From: a bacterium
GTDB taxonomy: Bacteria; Zhuqueibacterota; Zhuqueibacteria; Residuimicrobiales; Krinioviventaceae
DNA length: 64,000 bases
Assembly (NCBI GenBank): GCA_963674595.2
Contig: CAXXFV010000016.1
Span: 416,001-480,000 of the forward strand
Reading direction: 5' to 3'
Shown here one piece after another: positions 62,951 through 64,000 of this stretch. The position numbers and the translations under genes are program-made. The number at the start of each line of letters is the position of its first letter. Position 1 is the stretch's first letter. The notes beneath the pieces are model-generated. The model saw nothing but the letters and a program-made list of their open reading frames with translations, did not search any database and was not told the DNA's origin.

Positions 62951-64000
62951 ATGGCAGAAAGCAATTTTGAGCTTCGCAAGTTTGTTGTCCCGGAAATTAT
63001 CTATGGTGTGGGGGCTCTGGACCTGGTCGGTCAGTATGCTGAAAATTTAGATTCACGAAAAGCTTTAATTGTTACGGATCCCGGGGTACAAGCTGCCGGC
63101 TGGACAGATGCAGTTATTCGATCTTTGAATGAAAAAGGAATACAGAATTGTATATTTGCTGATGTCACTCCTAATCCCCGTGACTATGAGGTTATGGCCG
63201 GTGCTGAGGTTTATAAGGAAAATGAATGTGATTTGATAATTGCCGTAGGCGGTGGCAGTCCAATGGATTGCGCCAAAGGCATTGGTATTGTTATCAGCAA
63301 TGATAAACATGTCCTTGAATTTGAAGGTGTGGATGAAGTTGAAATTCCTGCACCTCCTTTAATATGTGTACCCACAACAGCCGGCTCTTCAGCCGATGTC
63401 TCTCAATTTGCCATTATTCTCGACAGCCGGCGCAAAGTCAAAATCGCCATTATCAGTAAAACGGTTGTTCCGGATATCGCCCTGATCGATCCTCAAACAA
63501 CAACAACACTTGATCAGGAGTTAACTGCTGCAACGGGTATGGATGCTTTGGTTCATGCTTTTGAAGCCTATGTATCCAATGCCCATTCTTGTCTGACAGA
63601 TATTCACGCTCTTGAGGCAATTCGTTTAATTAAAGCGAATCTTTTAAATGCCATTAATGATCCTCTTTCTATTCAAGCCAGAGAACCGATGATGCGGGGC
63701 AGTATGCATGCGGGACTGGCCTTTTCTAATGCCAGTTTGGGCTTGGTCCATAGTATGGCACATTGTCTCGGTGGTGACCTTGATCTAGCCCATGGCCTGT
63801 GTAATGCCATCCTGTTGGAAAAAGTTGTTGCCTTTAACTATAAATGGGCAGAACCTCGATACAGGACAATTGCTGTAAATTTCGGATTAGATGCTGATAC
63901 ACCATTTGATATGATGAAAGATGAATTGTTGAATAAATTAAAAGAATTTCGTATTAAAGCCGGAATCAATGACAGCCTTGGTCATTTGGGAGTGACGAAG
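62951..64000 (+). CDS. Iron-containing alcohol dehydrogenase family, ErcA-like; 3' truncated, absent from the ORF track
   Basis: Manual translation MAESNFELRKFVVPEIIYG...VTDPGV...GGGSPMDCAKG...PTTAGS...GMDALVHAFE...GLVHSMAH...HGLCNA. Confidence 0.88.
   Translation, partial: MAESNFELRKFVVPEIIYGVGALDLVGQYAENLDSRKALIVTDPGVQAAGWTDAVIRSLNEKGIQNCIFADVTPNPRDYEVMAGAEVYKENECDLIIAVGGGSPMDCAKGIGIVISNDKHVLEFEGVDEVEIPAPPLICVPTTAGSSADVSQFAIILDSRRKVKIAIISKTVVPDIALIDPQTTTTLDQELTAATGMDALVHAFEAYVSNAHSCLTDIHALEAIRLIKANLLNAINDPLSIQAREPMMRGSMHAGLAFSNASLGLVHSMAHCLGGDLDLAHGLCNAILLEKVVAFNYKWAEPRYRTIAVNFGLDADTPFDMMKDELLNKLKEFRIKAGINDSLGHLGVTK

Noticed and set aside
1-64000. Numerous short ORFs (60-200 aa) antisense to or nested in long genes
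   Set aside because: No recognisable motifs; they shadow well-supported genes
1-64000. CRISPR arrays, tRNA/rRNA, transposases, integrases
   Set aside because: No regularly spaced repeats, cloverleafs or recombinase motifs seen by eye; dedicated scans were not run

Overview
AT-rich bacterial window, densely coding; no rRNA, tRNA, CRISPR array or mobile element was recognisable. T9SS-like genes (C25 peptidase, PorV-like, NYPNPFNP-type C-terminal domains), CarboxypepD-type TonB receptors without SusD and strong Shine-Dalgarno sites suggest an FCB-group organism outside Bacteroidota, e.g. KSB1/Calditrichota-like (inference). Contents: a T9SS-like block; a GT9-NYN-sensor kinase-sigma54 regulator operon; a hemerythrin-LuxR-TonB receptor module; BlaI/BlaR1-TonB; outer-membrane barrels; mtaB-miaB-phoH-aminotransferase; GlmU-like-zwf-opcA-pgl; and a glycan-utilisation region (TonB receptor, GntR, GH123-like, GH78, GH2). 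The last is followed by an uncharacterised operon of two paralogous secreted PQQ-propeller/methyltransferase-fold proteins, a membrane-anchored protein and a MacB/FtsX-type ABC transporter; four of these five proteins carry CxC motifs. The glycan region and this operon share a palindromic GntR-type operator. A two-copy structured leader motif lies upstream of two unrelated envelope genes. At least six single-base frameshifts suggest assembly indel errors.
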